DNA of 64,000 nucleotides from a virus (lineage: Duplodnaviria; Caudoviricetes): positions 1 through 64,000 of IMG/VR virus record IMGVR_UViG_3300035520_000529. The stretch is one strand, 5' to 3'. Shown in pieces: positions 27,664 through 38,472 of this stretch. The notes under the pieces were generated by a model, which saw only the letters and a program-made list of their open reading frames with translations, was not told the DNA's origin and searched no databases. The first letter of the stretch is position 1; each line of letters opens with the position of its first letter. A program made the position numbers and the translations under genes.

Positions 27664-30600
27664 TTGGAAAATTTTAGTGATAAAGAACATAAAGCAAAAA
27701 TCAAAGTTAAAAGAATATTCTTTCCAAAGGGTGTAACATCAGTACCTACTGGAGAGTTTGCCATATTTAAGGCTGTTAAAGTTGGTTCAGACGAGTCCAA
27801 CTTTGACAACTGCATCAACTTAAAAGGCAACGTTTGTCAACTAGATTTTAAGTCCGAATACAACGTAACCTATAGACTGAAAGAAGTTAATAAATGGGGA
27901 AAGACTTATGAGATTATCTACATTTCTAGGGATGTAGATGTATCGAACCTTGAGGGTCAAAAACACTTCTTGAAAATCTTTCTAAGTGACACCATCGTAG
28001 ATGAACTCTTTAAAACCTATGGCGATAACGTTAGAGACATTCTAGCCAATGGTGATGTTGAAAGTCTAAAAAAGGTTTATGGTATAGGCGAAGCAAAAGC
28101 TAACAAGATTATAAAAGAGTTTAATGACCACAAAAGCTATGAGTTAATCTATAGCGAATTACAAGAGTATAAGCTTTCACCTAAGTTAGTAACAAAACTT
28201 GTAAACCATTATAAGTCCCCCGAAAACGTTGTAAAAGTTATCAAAGAGAACGTGTATAAACTGGTTGAGGTTAAAGGAGTAGGTTTTAAAATTGCTGATG
28301 ATATTGCCATATCTAGTGGAATAGAACCCACAGACCATAGAAGAATTGAGGGCTTTATTATCTACTATTTGCAGAATGAATCCGAGGTTGGAAAGTCTTA
28401 CGTTATCTATTCAGAACTAGTCAATGCCCTAAAAAACACTTTAGGCGACATAAACATGAATGAAATTAATATCTGTGCTAATGCATTAGTATCTAGTGGC
28501 AAGGTTAAAGCCTTTAATGATGGTCGCATCATTGCACTAACTAGTATGTTTGAACTAGAAAGAGACATCTACTACGAACTAATGCGTTTAAACTCTTACA
28601 AGAGAGAAATCACTCAAGAAGACTTACAAAGAGTTGAAAGAGCAATACAAGTATCAGAGGATAAGCAAGGATTTGAATTTACTGATGAGCAACGTCAAGC
28701 GATTAGAGACAGTGTGAACCATAACGTTATAGCCATTACTGGTGGTGCTGGTTGTGTAGACTGTGATACTGAATACCTTAGCCAAAGCGGTTGGAAAAAG
28801 ATTTCCGACTATCAAGAGGGCGACCTAGTGTTGCAATATAATGATAATGGCACTACCGAACTAGTAACTCCCCTAGGTTACATCAAACAGCCTACCGATA
28901 CTTTAAACTACGTCCACAACGATGCATTGAATATGTGCCTTAGTGATAACCATGTATGTTATTACCTTAGTAGGGATAACCTCTTAATGTGTAACACTTT
29001 CCAAAATATAGCGGAAATTCACGCTAGTAGTAGTGGAAACTTTAGTGGTAGGTTTATTTGTGGATTTAGCAACCTTAGTAAAGGCTTAGAAATTAGCGAT
29101 GATATATTAAGGCTTTATACCATAATGGTTATTAAAGGCAAGTACTTATCCAATGACCCTACTAGTAAAGACTACCTACTCTACTCTGTGAGGTTGAAAG
29201 AACTTAACAATTACAAACGTAGTGTTTTAGTACAAACGTTAAATGCCTTGAAAATTAAGTATATTTCTAGGAATAGGTCTCATGGTTTCGAAGACATAAT
29301 GTTTTATGCACCTGCTAGACTAGACGAGTTTCCAAATGAGTGGTATAACCTCAATACTAGACAATTCTCAATAGTTTTAGAAGTAATTAGAAACTTTACC
29401 ACATCGCATAACCATTACACTCCCCTACGTGAGGACTTGCACTATACCACACAATGGTTCACTAGTAAACGCATTGCAGATTTTATTCAGTTTGCCATAG
29501 CTTCTACTGGTCATCGTGGTGAAATCATTGAAGAGCCTATAATAGATAATAGATATCATGATGTTATGCTTATAAAGTCTAAGAAGTATTGTGTTAGTTG
29601 GTATAACCATTGCACTGTAGGATTTAACTACAACCATACTAGTGAGAAGCTACCTATTAACGAATATCAAACTAAAGATGGTTTTGAATACTGTTTTACT
29701 GTGCCTAGTAACAAGCTAGTACTTAGACGTAAAAATAAAATCTTTGTTACTGGTAACTGTGGAAAGACTACTACTGCGAATGGTATCTTTGAAGTTTTTA
29801 ATAGAAACCAAATATTGGCTTGTGCTTTGAGTGGTAAAGCTAGTGTGCGAATTACGGAAGCTACTGGTTTACAAGCTAAAACCATTCACAAGACTTTAGG
29901 TTTTAACGGACATGGTTTTGAATACGCTAGTAATAACCAACTAAAGTGTAAGTGCTTCCTTATAGACGAAAGCACAATGGTTAATGGTACATTATTCTTA
30001 CAAGTATTGAAAGCTATTCCTACAGGTGCAACCCTTATCATGTGTGGAGACATTAAACAATTAACACCTATAGGCAACTGTCAAGTATTTTATGATATTC
30101 TAAGACATAGCGATATGCAAGTAATAGAACTTACAAAACCTCATAGACAAGCTTTGAAGAGTGGTATCATTACTACATCTTTAGCAATAAGTTCACAACA
30201 ACAGATATTAAACTACAATGACCATGGAGTTAAAGTCTTTGGAGAGTTGCAAGATATGGTGGTGAAGATACAACCAGATAGAACAACCATCTTCGATGAG
30301 GTTATCAATACCTTTATGGCTGAGCTAAAGACTGATGATATTATGGAGACTCAAATAATAGTAGCCGTTCGTAATCGTGGTGATGTTAGCTGTTATAGTA
30401 TTAACACAAAGGTTCAAGAGTTAGTTAATCCTAAAATAAAAGTAACTCCCACCAATGTGTTTGCAACCGATGAGCAAGAAGAAGAAAGTAATAACCAATT
30501 AGAGATAAAAGTATATTCTCATACATTAGCGAATGAGAAGTATTACTATTACATCCGTATAGGAGATAAGGTTATCAATGCTAAGAACAACTATGAATGC

Positions 30601-30993
30601 ATTAACACCTTTGAAGAAGTGACACCAGTATTCAATGGCAACATAGGTATAGTTAAAGATATTAATTCCAATGAGTGTGTGATAGACTTCGTTGGTATAG
30701 GTGAAGTAATCTTTAACAGTGAGGAGTGGTGTAACCTTGAACTTGCATACGCATTGACTTGTCACAAAACACAAGGTTCTGGATTTAACAAAGTCATAGT
30801 AGGCTTAGACTCTAATAGCTACCTTATGAACTATAGTGAGTGGTTGTATACTGCACTTACTAGAGCCAAAAAGAAGTGTGTGTTAGTTAGTACACAATCA
30901 ACTATCTATCAGACGATTATCAAAAAAGAGACTCGTAAGAAGCAAACTTTCTTAGGTAGTTTCCTAAAGCTGAAAGAAGAACCTCTCAATTAA
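27664..30993 (+). CDS. recD2: RecD2-like SF1B helicase containing an intein
   Basis: HhH motifs, GGAG|CGKTT, IDE, GD..QL, AYALT.HK.QGS, YTA.TRAK. Confidence 0.92.
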   Translation: MENFSDKEHKAKIKVKRIFFPKGVTSVPTGEFAIFKAVKVGSDESNFDNCINLKGNVCQLDFKSEYNVTYRLKEVNKWGKTYEIIYISRDVDVSNLEGQKHFLKIFLSDTIVDELFKTYGDNVRDILANGDVESLKKVYGIGEAKANKIIKEFNDHKSYELIYSELQEYKLSPKLVTKLVNHYKSPENVVKVIKENVYKLVEVKGVGFKIADDIAISSGIEPTDHRRIEGFIIYYLQNESEVGKSYVIYSELVNALKNTLGDINMNEINICANALVSSGKVKAFNDGRIIALTSMFELERDIYYELMRLNSYKREITQEDLQRVERAIQVSEDKQGFEFTDEQRQAIRDSVNHNVIAITGGAGCVDCDTEYLSQSGWKKISDYQEGDLVLQYNDNGTTELVTPLGYIKQPTDTLNYVHNDALNMCLSDNHVCYYLSRDNLLMCNTFQNIAEIHASSSGNFSGRFICGFSNLSKGLEISDDILRLYTIMVIKGKYLSNDPTSKDYLLYSVRLKELNNYKRSVLVQTLNALKIKYISRNRSHGFEDIMFYAPARLDEFPNEWYNLNTRQFSIVLEVIRNFTTSHNHYTPLREDLHYTTQWFTSKRIADFIQFAIASTGHRGEIIEEPIIDNRYHDVMLIKSKKYCVSWYNHCTVGFNYNHTSEKLPINEYQTKDGFEYCFTVPSNKLVLRRKNKIFVTGNCGKTTTANGIFEVFNRNQILACALSGKASVRITEATGLQAKTIHKTLGFNGHGFEYASNNQLKCKCFLIDESTMVNGTLFLQVLKAIPTGATLIMCGDIKQLTPIGNCQVFYDILRHSDMQVIELTKPHRQALKSGIITTSLAISSQQQILNYNDHGVKVFGELQDMVVKIQPDRTTIFDEVINTFMAELKTDDIMETQIIVAVRNRGDVSCYSINTKVQELVNPKIKVTPTNVFATDEQEEESNNQLEIKVYSHTLANEKYYYYIRIGDKVINAKNNYECINTFEEVTPVFNGNIGIVKDINSNECVIDFVGIGEVIFNSEEWCNLELAYALTCHKTQGSGFNKVIVGLDSNSYLMNYSEWLYTALTRAKKKCVLVSTQSTIYQTIIKKETRKKQTFLGSFLKLKEEPLN
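28753..29757 (+). mobile_element. Intein (335 aa) in the RecD Walker A
   Basis: Starts CVDCDTE, ends IFVTGN, +1 Cys; removal restores GGAGCGKTT. Confidence 0.92.
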
Positions 30994-31006
30994 GGTTGAG
31001 AGGTTC
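30979..31006 (+). terminator. Hairpin at the end of the replication operon
   Basis: GAACCTCTCAA/TTGAGAGGTTC. Confidence 0.55.
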
Positions 31007-31215
31007 ATTGAGGTTTCCTTTGGTGTAGCCGTTGAGGTTTTGGAAATTATCCTTGTGTGGTTCGAAAAAATCGTGGGAGCATATAAGTATAAGTGTTGCA
31101 ACGCATTGACTGGCTGTTAGCTTGTTTTTAGAGAGTGTTTTATATTCTTGTTTTTCCTCTTGTTTTAAGCTTGTTTTCGGAGCGGGAAACCCCACGTGCC
31201 TGTGTGGGTTGCGGA

Positions 31216-31323
31216 TTCAAACGTGAGGAGAAATAAATTAAATGTGAGGAGAAATAAATTCAAACGTGAGGAGAAATAAATTTAAACGTGAGGAGAAATA
31301 AATTTAAACGTGAGGAGAAATAA
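31216..31323 (+). repeat. Five iterons (plasmid replication origin)
   Basis: AAA(C/T)GTGAGGAGAAATAA at a 21-22 bp period, no spacers, followed by an AT-rich tract and the rep gene. Confidence 0.9.
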
Positions 31324-31434
31324 TTAGTTTATGAATAAATCATGAACAAATACTAACAAATATTTACAATTTTATTATTATATATGCACAACAATGTTGA
31401 AAAAATATTGTATATATGTAACAAAATTTTTCTT

Positions 31435-31475
31435 AAAAGTGAGGGTTGACAAACACTACTCACATATGATATAAT
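31435..31475 (+). promoter_or_regulatory. rep promoter overlapped by inverted half-iterons
   Basis: TTGACA(31446)-18-TATAAT; AAAAGTGAGG and CTACTCACAT arms. Confidence 0.65.
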
Positions 31476-31498
31476 AATAAAAAAATGAGGTGATTTAT

Positions 31499-32698
31499 AT
31501 GCTAGAAAAAGACGATATATCGTTGACTTTTAAGATTGAACGCTCGAATATTTTGAATGCTTTTACTCCAAAGGGAATGACTTTAACTGGAATTAGATTT
31601 TTGGCAATTTATCAGTCAAAAATTAACGCTAGAAATCCAGAAACTAGAAAAGTAATATTTGGATTGCAAAAATTTTGTGATATTTTGGAAATCAAAGAAC
31701 TTAACATCAAAAATATAAAAAATACTATAGATAGCATTCTTTGCAACCCAGTACACGTTCCAAATGGTAAAAATGGATTCACGGCATTTCCACTATTTAA
31801 TAAATGCAATGTGTTTAAAGATGAAAAGAAAGGGGATTGGTTGGTAGAAGTAGAATGTCATCCAGATGCATTGCCCTATATGTTTGAAATGAAACGTAAT
31901 TATTTCACTTATGAACTTTGGAACGCATTAACATTATCTTCTCTAAATCAAGTTCGTATGTATGAGATTCTAAAACAGTACGAGAAGATAGGTTCTAGGA
32001 CGATTCAACTCGATGATTTAAAGAGAATGTTAGGAATTTCTCATAGTAAACAGTCTGAATATCGTTATTTTCGTAGAGATGTACTTGAAGTATGCAAGAC
32101 TGCATTAGCTGAAAAGACCGATATAACGTTTACGTTTGAACCTATGCGAGTTAATAGAAAGGTACAAGCTTTAAAGTTTACTATTGAGAAGAACAAAGAT
32201 TTTAAAGACAATTTAAGGCTAAAAGAGTTTATAAACCCTAAAGACTTAGAGGACATTATGGACGAACCATATCAGCCAATTCCTATTCCAGAACCACAAC
32301 CTACAGAGAATGAGGTTAACGCTCATAGGGTAGCTAAATCTATTTGTGATGAGAGTCCGCTAGAGACGTTGTACTTGAGTTGCAATAAGGAGTATACTTT
32401 AGAGCAACTTTTTGCCCTTTCTGACTACGTTAGAAGTTCGGGTGTGCCTTTAAACGTTAGCGTTGAAAACTACATATACTCAATATATCGCAAGATAAAG
32501 ATTGAGGGGAATAAAGTTAACAGTTTGTATAAGTACACTTTTACCATTATTGAGAGCCAAATGAAAGAGTATATTTTTGGTAAGCCTAGCACTTCCGAAC
32601 CCCCTAAGCCATCTAACCCTCCTCAAAAGAGAAAAGAAACCTCTTATGACATTGAAGAGTTTAAACGATTAGTAGAAGTTCGTGCAGTAGATGAATAA
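31499..32698 (+). CDS. Rep_3 (RepB/RepE-type) plasmid replication initiator
   Basis: SN.LN, A.PY.F..K..Y..Y.L, L.S....R.YE.LKQY, F.R.VL, T.I.F.F. Confidence 0.9.
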   Translation: MLEKDDISLTFKIERSNILNAFTPKGMTLTGIRFLAIYQSKINARNPETRKVIFGLQKFCDILEIKELNIKNIKNTIDSILCNPVHVPNGKNGFTAFPLFNKCNVFKDEKKGDWLVEVECHPDALPYMFEMKRNYFTYELWNALTLSSLNQVRMYEILKQYEKIGSRTIQLDDLKRMLGISHSKQSEYRYFRRDVLEVCKTALAEKTDITFTFEPMRVNRKVQALKFTIEKNKDFKDNLRLKEFINPKDLEDIMDEPYQPIPIPEPQPTENEVNAHRVAKSICDESPLETLYLSCNKEYTLEQLFALSDYVRSSGVPLNVSVENYIYSIYRKIKIEGNKVNSLYKYTFTIIESQMKEYIFGKPSTSEPPKPSNPPQKRKETSYDIEEFKRLVEVRAVDE

Positions 32699-32726
32699 AT
32701 GTTAAGTGTAGAATAATTATGTGTTA

Positions 32727-32754
32727 AAAGCCATCCATTGCTGTGGGTGGCTTT
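32727..32754 (+). terminator. Hairpin after rep
   Basis: AAAGCCATCCA/TGGGTGGCTTT. Confidence 0.6.
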
Positions 32755-32763
32755 CCACGTGGC

Positions 32764-32863
32764 ATAATTGGAAACCAACTGGGAAATATTCAACATAGTA
32801 AATTTTTTAAATTAAAATATTTTATAAAAAAGTATTGACAATTATTATAGTTTATGATATAAT
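32764..32863 (+). promoter_or_regulatory. 46-bp repeated box plus sigma-A promoter, copy 2
   Basis: Box identical to 13257-13302; TTGACA(32835)-17-TATAAT. Confidence 0.85.
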
Positions 32864-32902
32864 TATAACATCAACTAAGAAAGAAGTGAAGTGCTTTGAA
32901 TC

Positions 32903-33091
32903 ATGGATATTAAGGGAAATAAAAGAGCAATTTGGCTAGAACGTTATTCTTATGCGGTTGAGCGTATGACTCAAAACGCAGAAATAACAAATCAGTTAGC
33001 AGATTGTATTACTGAAAATTTTGAATCAGCTGAAGATTTTGATTTAGCTTTTCAAAAGTTTCAGCAAGAAATATATAAAAAGTATAGATAG
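32903..33091 (+). CDS. Hypothetical protein
   Basis: First ORF after the promoter. Confidence 0.55.
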   Translation: MDIKGNKRAIWLERYSYAVERMTQNAEITNQLADCITENFESAEDFDLAFQKFQQEIYKKYR

Positions 33092-33108
33092 ATAAAGAAA
33101 GGAATAAT

Positions 33109-33417
33109 ATGTGCAACAAAACTAAGCAAGTGTTAACAGTTCAACTATTATTAGTTACAGATGTTCAAGATTTTATAGAATTATCTGCTAGTCTATGTGG
33201 CAAGGCTAGGCTAATTCAAGGAGAAACTAACGTTTCAATTAACAGCCGTTTAGGGGTTATGAGTTTGGCTTATTCCAAAGAGCCCTTTAACATCGTATTT
33301 ACAGAATGCAGTGACAACGAAATTGACAGATTTAAACGCTTTGAATATAAAGAACCTCTCGATAAGTTTTCGGAAGATTCTAATAATATTGATGTTATTT
33401 TTAAATTGGAGGGTTAA
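33109..33417 (+). CDS. HPr-fold protein lacking His15
   Basis: VSINSRLGVMSL aligns to HPr VNAKSIMGVMSL; no GLHAR. Confidence 0.55.
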   Translation: MCNKTKQVLTVQLLLVTDVQDFIELSASLCGKARLIQGETNVSINSRLGVMSLAYSKEPFNIVFTECSDNEIDRFKRFEYKEPLDKFSEDSNNIDVIFKLEG

Positions 33418-33421
33418 AAAA

Positions 33422-33907
33422 ATGAAAGAACAAGTACATCATCCTATGCACTATCAACATGGTAACTATGAATGCATTGAGGTATTAAGAGACGTATTAT
33501 CAGATTTAAATGGTATTGAAGCTTTTTGTATCGGAAATGCTTTTAAGTATCTTTGGAGGTTCAAAGATAAGAATGGCGTCGAAGATTTAGAAAAGTGTAA
33601 ATGGTATATAGAGTACCTCATAGGCAACGTATACGTAGGCTTTGAAGACGATGACGAAGAAGAGAACAAAAAGAGTTTTAATAGTGATGAAATTCCATTC
33701 GCTACTAACATCAAAGAATGTGATAAAGCACTTGAGGACATTTCTAAGCTATCTGAAGAAGATGCTGTTGCTCTCACTTTTTTAAATAGATTGTATCAAT
33801 CGTTTATAAAGACTAATGATGTTACATATTTAGCACAACTCAGTGAGGGATTATTACATTCAAAACCCATAGTTTCACAGTACTTTTACAAGTACTATTT
33901 CAACTAA
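33422..33907 (+). CDS. DUF3310 family protein
   Basis: V.HP.HY, ECI, FC.GNAFKY.WR...KNG.EDL.K..WY. Confidence 0.85.
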   Translation: MKEQVHHPMHYQHGNYECIEVLRDVLSDLNGIEAFCIGNAFKYLWRFKDKNGVEDLEKCKWYIEYLIGNVYVGFEDDDEEENKKSFNSDEIPFATNIKECDKALEDISKLSEEDAVALTFLNRLYQSFIKTNDVTYLAQLSEGLLHSKPIVSQYFYKYYFN

Positions 33908-33929
33908 TATTAACAGAAAAATCTAATTC

Positions 33930-33956
33930 AACTTGTACCCAACTTGGGTACAAGTT
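33930..33956. repeat. 27-bp palindrome, candidate parS copy 2
   Basis: AACTTGTACCCAA-C-TTGGGTACAAGTT, perfect. Confidence 0.75.
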
Positions 33957-34288
33957 AGAACCAGCATATAAAAATGCAATTAATATTTTTTTGTTAGACT
34001 CATATGGTAAAGCTTGATTTGGTTAGTAAAGAATCACATGAGACAATCTTATAAACAATACTCCGCAAGTTTTAAGATGAGTCTGTTCTCTATAGTGTTG
34101 AACCTTTACAAACCTTTCATAATAGATTTGAAAGAAGTGATTACTTTGAATGTTCTCACATTTCCAATGGTATATTTATTAGTAGTGGATTTTCACAAAG
34201 TTAATAAGGAACGCCATATAAAAATTAGTCATCCGCCGTAGCTTTTATTAACTCAGTAAGAAACTTTTTGGAAAGGATTGATTAATTT

Positions 34289-37200
34289 TTGAGTAAAGTT
34301 ATAGTAATTAAAAAAGACGGCACACAAGAATCGTTCAAGCCCGATAAGATTAGGTTAGCCGTCAAAAAGGCTAGTGATAGGGTGGTTTCAGACATTCCAG
34401 ATTGTAAGATAGAGTTTGTAATAGATTACGTTCTAAAGCATAATGACCCTAACACCAACACCTTAGAAGTTAATGAGATACACAATTTAGTAGAAAAAGC
34501 ACTCAGTGTAGTGGATGAGACTGTTGCAAATAGTTATAAAGAGTATCGCAATTACAAAAGAGATTTTGTTTCCATGATGGATGAAGTGTACAACGAATCC
34601 GAAAAGATACGTTATCTAGGGGATAGAGATAATGCTAATACTGATGCTACCATGGTTAGTACTCAAAGGAGTCTAATATATCAAAAGCTAAATAAAGAAC
34701 TCTATAAAAAGTTTTTTCTCAATAATGCTGAAAGACAAGCTATTAACGATGGTTACATATATATCCACGATATGGGAGCAAGGTTGGACTGCATTAACTG
34801 TTCACTATTCGATGTTGCCAACGTTTTAGATGGTGGTTTTGAAATGGGTAACCTATGGTATAATGAACCTAAATCTCTAGACGTAGCATTTGACGTTATT
34901 AGTGATGTTATCATCAATAGTGCAAGTTGTCAGTATGGGGGTATCACCATATGTGAAGTGGACAAACTTCTAAATAAGTATGCAGAGATGTCTTATACTA
35001 GGTACTATGATGAGTGTATAAACATTTTAAAACATGGTAATGATATTGAGTTATCTAAAGAGCAAACAGCCTATGCTAATGACTATGCTACTAAAAAAGT
35101 CTACCGAGATTTTGAACAAGGTTTTCAATCATGGGAAATGAGGTTTAATTCAGTAGGCTCTAGCCGTGGAGATTACCCCTTTATCGCCATAACAATTGGA
35201 CTAGGAACTAGTAAGTTTGAAAAGATGGCTACCGAAGTAGCATTAAAGACTAGAATGAATGGTCAAGGAGAGGACACAAAGAAAAAGATAGTATTATTTC
35301 CTAAAATATCTTTTCTTTATGATGAGGAACTTCATGGAGAGAATAAGACTAATGAAGACCTATTTAAGATAGCAATAGAATGCTCATGTAAATCAATGTA
35401 TCCCGACTATATTTCCCTTACTGGTGAGGGATATATACCATCAATATATAAGAAGTATAAAGTACCAATTAGTTTGATGGGCTGTAGAGCCAGTCTATCA
35501 CCATGGTATATAAATGGTGGTTTTACTCCTAACGATGCTGATGATAAACCAGTATACGTTGGTAGGTTTAACTGTGGTGCAATATCATTAAATTTACCTA
35601 TGATATTAGCTAAAGCACGTGAAGAAAATAAACATTTTTACGATGTTTTAGACTATTATTTAGAGATGATTAGGAGTCTTCATAAAAGGACTAAGAATTA
35701 TCTAGGAAATAAGAAAGCTTCCACAAATCCATTAGGGTTCTGTCAAGGAGGTTTCTTAGGGGGAACTCTCAATCCCGATGATAAGATTGCCCCACTACTT
35801 GAACCTATGACTTATAGTTTTGGAATCACTGCTTTGAATGAATTGAATCGATTATACAATGGTGAATCAATCTATGAAGATGGTGAGTTCCCATTGCAAG
35901 TTATGGAGTACATCAACAAAAAAGTTGAGGAATATAAAGAACAAGACCATATGTTATATGCAATATATGGTAGTCCAGCAGAAAGTTTGGCTAGTTTACA
36001 AGTTAAGCAGTTTCGCAAGAAGTATGGAATTATAGAAAATGTATCTGATAGAGAGTATGTTAGTAATAGTTTTCATTGTCACGTAACTGAGAATATTACA
36101 CCTATTGAAAAGCAAGATTCCGAATCAAGGTTTTGGAACTTATTTAATGGTGGCAAGATTCAGTATTGCAAATACCCAATTCAATACAACACAAACGGCG
36201 TAGCTACGTTGGTTAGAAGAGCAATGAAACTCGGCTTTTATGAGGGTGTCAACTTAGCATTGTCTTATTGTGATGATTGTGGTTATGAACAACTCCACAT
36301 GGATGTATGTCCGAAATGCGGTAGTGATAAGATAACAAAGATTGACAGAATGAATGGATTAGAGCCTAGATAGTCCATGTAAAACCACCTAAATTGCGGG
36401 GAAGTCCCCAAAACCTTAGTTCGCAACAACGTAACTGGAAACGGTAAGCGTGACTGCGGTATGAGTTCAAAACTTTAGAAACCATAAAAAGTAACTAAGT
36501 CAGGGATTACCGAGTGTGCAAGTCACTCCCACGCAACGAAGCTCCTAAACCACAAGGCATGGAGAACGCTCAACGACTATAATGGTGGGATATCAAAACG
36601 CAATTTAGAAAACTCATATAAAGGAGATGTTTTTTATGAATTGCAAGAGGTCACCAAAAATTACAAAAGACCAAGAAGAACGTGTTTTAAGATTACTTGA
36701 ATCCAACAATATGAAATGTACAGACATTGCAGAATTAGTAGGAGTAACCACCAATCAAGTTTATGAGGTTAAAAAGAGATATTCTCTTTCCAATAAAATC
36801 AATAAAACTTTTAAATTTTCAGCCTTACAAGAGCAAATTTTAATATCTGGTAAACTAGGAGATGGAAACTATAAAAGTAATGGTAAGATTGGATGTTATT
36901 ACAGAGAAAGTCATGCCGAGCCTGAATTAGATTATTTAAAATGGAAAGCAGACATTTTAAAAGAATTTTTAACTCCAAAAGGTATTATAAAGGTTAAAAA
37001 CTTTAAACATGATGGCTCTTATAATGTAAATCAAACTTACTATTTCATGACTAGAACTTCTTCCAGTTTTAATAGATTTAGAGACATGAGCATTGAAGAA
37101 TGTATAGAAAGTTTAAATCAATATGGTTTAGTACTACTGCTTTTGGATGATGGATGGACAAATTTTCATAATAACAAAAATGGTTATTCATTGGGTTTAA

Positions 37201-37574
37201 ACATTGCTGGTGGAACTTTAACCAATTCACAATTAAACCTACTGTGTGAAAAGTTCAAGCAATACGGAATTGAAAAAGTTAATATTGTTGGAAATATTAG
37301 GTGTAATTTATCAATATCAAGTAAATATACTGAAAAAATCTTAAATATGATTTTAGAAATTATGCCTATTGAAACGGATATTATACAAAAGAAGTTTAAG
37401 TACATGGTATAATGTAGTTTTTAAATTTGTGTTTTGATATCATTGTATAGTCTACTCCCTAAAAAATACTACGAAAGTAGGGGTATTAAGGATTTAGGAT
37501 ACACACAAATTAATGGTAAGTCACGCTTTAACGATGGTAAAACTATTGAAATTAAAGAGCGAGTAAGTATGTAG
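34289..37574 (+). CDS. nrdD: Anaerobic ribonucleotide reductase NrdD, join(34289..36359,37492..37574)
   Basis: ATP cone, YIHD, NC, MGCR, CxxC..CPxC; splicing restores RMNGYLGY glycyl-radical motif. Confidence 0.93.
36360..37491 (+). ncRNA. Group I intron (1132 nt) in nrdD
   Basis: 5' exon ends in U with P1 UGGAU|UA/UAGUCCA; P10 CCUAGAU/AUUUAGG; P AAUUGCGGGGAA, R CAACGACUAUA, S UAUAGUCU; terminal G. Confidence 0.93.
36627..37412 (+). CDS. Intron-encoded LAGLIDADG_2 homing endonuclease with N-terminal HTH
   Basis: ILISGKLGDG and LLLLDDG motifs; lies between R and S (P8 loop). Confidence 0.85.
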   Translation: MFFMNCKRSPKITKDQEERVLRLLESNNMKCTDIAELVGVTTNQVYEVKKRYSLSNKINKTFKFSALQEQILISGKLGDGNYKSNGKIGCYYRESHAEPELDYLKWKADILKEFLTPKGIIKVKNFKHDGSYNVNQTYYFMTRTSSSFNRFRDMSIEECIESLNQYGLVLLLLDDGWTNFHNNKNGYSLGLNIAGGTLTNSQLNLLCEKFKQYGIEKVNIVGNIRCNLSISSKYTEKILNMILEIMPIETDIIQKKFKYMV

Positions 37575-37585
37575 GTTAATGAAAA

Positions 37586-37624
37586 TTGTGTAAGGATAGT
37601 CTGTGAGTAATTGTCCTTACACAA
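37586..37624 (+). terminator. Hairpin after nrdD
   Basis: TTGTGTAAGGATAGT/ATTGTCCTTACACAA. Confidence 0.5.
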
Positions 37625-37663
37625 CAATAAATAAAATCATTATATATGTAAAGAGGTGTTTTT

Positions 37664-38248
37664 TTGGAAGATAGAGGGTTAAAAGTTCATGATGTTTTCG
37701 TAACTATGGGTGCTAGTAACCATGCTCAAAATATTCGTGAGATTAATGACTATTATGCTACCCATCCAACAGCAGTGGAAAAGCTTTTACAGAGGGAATC
37801 ATTTTCACACAAAATATTAGAACCATGTTGTGGTGGAGGTCACATATCGAAAGTGTTATTAGAACATGGTTATGATGTGGTATCCACAGATTTGATAGAT
37901 AGAGGTTTTGGTGTAGGTGGTATAGATTTTTTACAACATACCACAGTAGATTGTGACATAGTAACTAATCCACCTTACAAGATTGGTTTAGAAATAGTAC
38001 AACACGCATTAGAAATAGTTACACCTAATCATAAAGTAGCCATGTTATTAAAGATTCAGTTTTTAGAAAGCAAAAGCAGAAGAAAGTTTTTTGATATTTA
38101 TCCGCCAAAGTATGTTTACGTCTTTAGTGAAAGAACAAATTGTGCAAAGAATGGTGAATTTGAAAAATCTCCATCAAGTGCAATATGTTATGCGTGGTAC
38201 ATATGGGTTAAAGGTGAGCGTTCAGAACCTATTATTAGGTGGTTATAA
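37664..38248 (+). CDS. Amino (N6A/N4C) DNA methyltransferase
   Basis: DYYATHP, EPCCGGG, TNPPY. Confidence 0.85.
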   Translation: MEDRGLKVHDVFVTMGASNHAQNIREINDYYATHPTAVEKLLQRESFSHKILEPCCGGGHISKVLLEHGYDVVSTDLIDRGFGVGGIDFLQHTTVDCDIVTNPPYKIGLEIVQHALEIVTPNHKVAMLLKIQFLESKSRRKFFDIYPPKYVYVFSERTNCAKNGEFEKSPSSAICYAWYIWVKGERSEPIIRWL

Positions 38249-38472
38249 AGAAAGGAAATGGTTTTATGAATAATTGGAAAAGGTATAGTAAAAAGCAAAC
38301 GTCTAGTGGTTTTGCGGAAAGTTTGAACTCTATAAAGTGGAGCAATCCATTTTTGTCAATATCAGAAGAAGAAGTTTCTCAAAACGTAAAAGAAGCCACT
38401 GAAAACATAAGAGCAAAATATTACACTTGTTACAAAAATAAGAGATAGTGTTAGGATACAGTAAACTATCGT

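Noticed and set aside
31216-31323. CRISPR array
   Set aside because: Head-to-tail 21-22 bp repeats with no spacers, next to a Rep_3 gene: iterons
34014-34241. 75-aa ORF upstream of nrdD
   Set aside because: TTG start, no RBS, no recognisable motif
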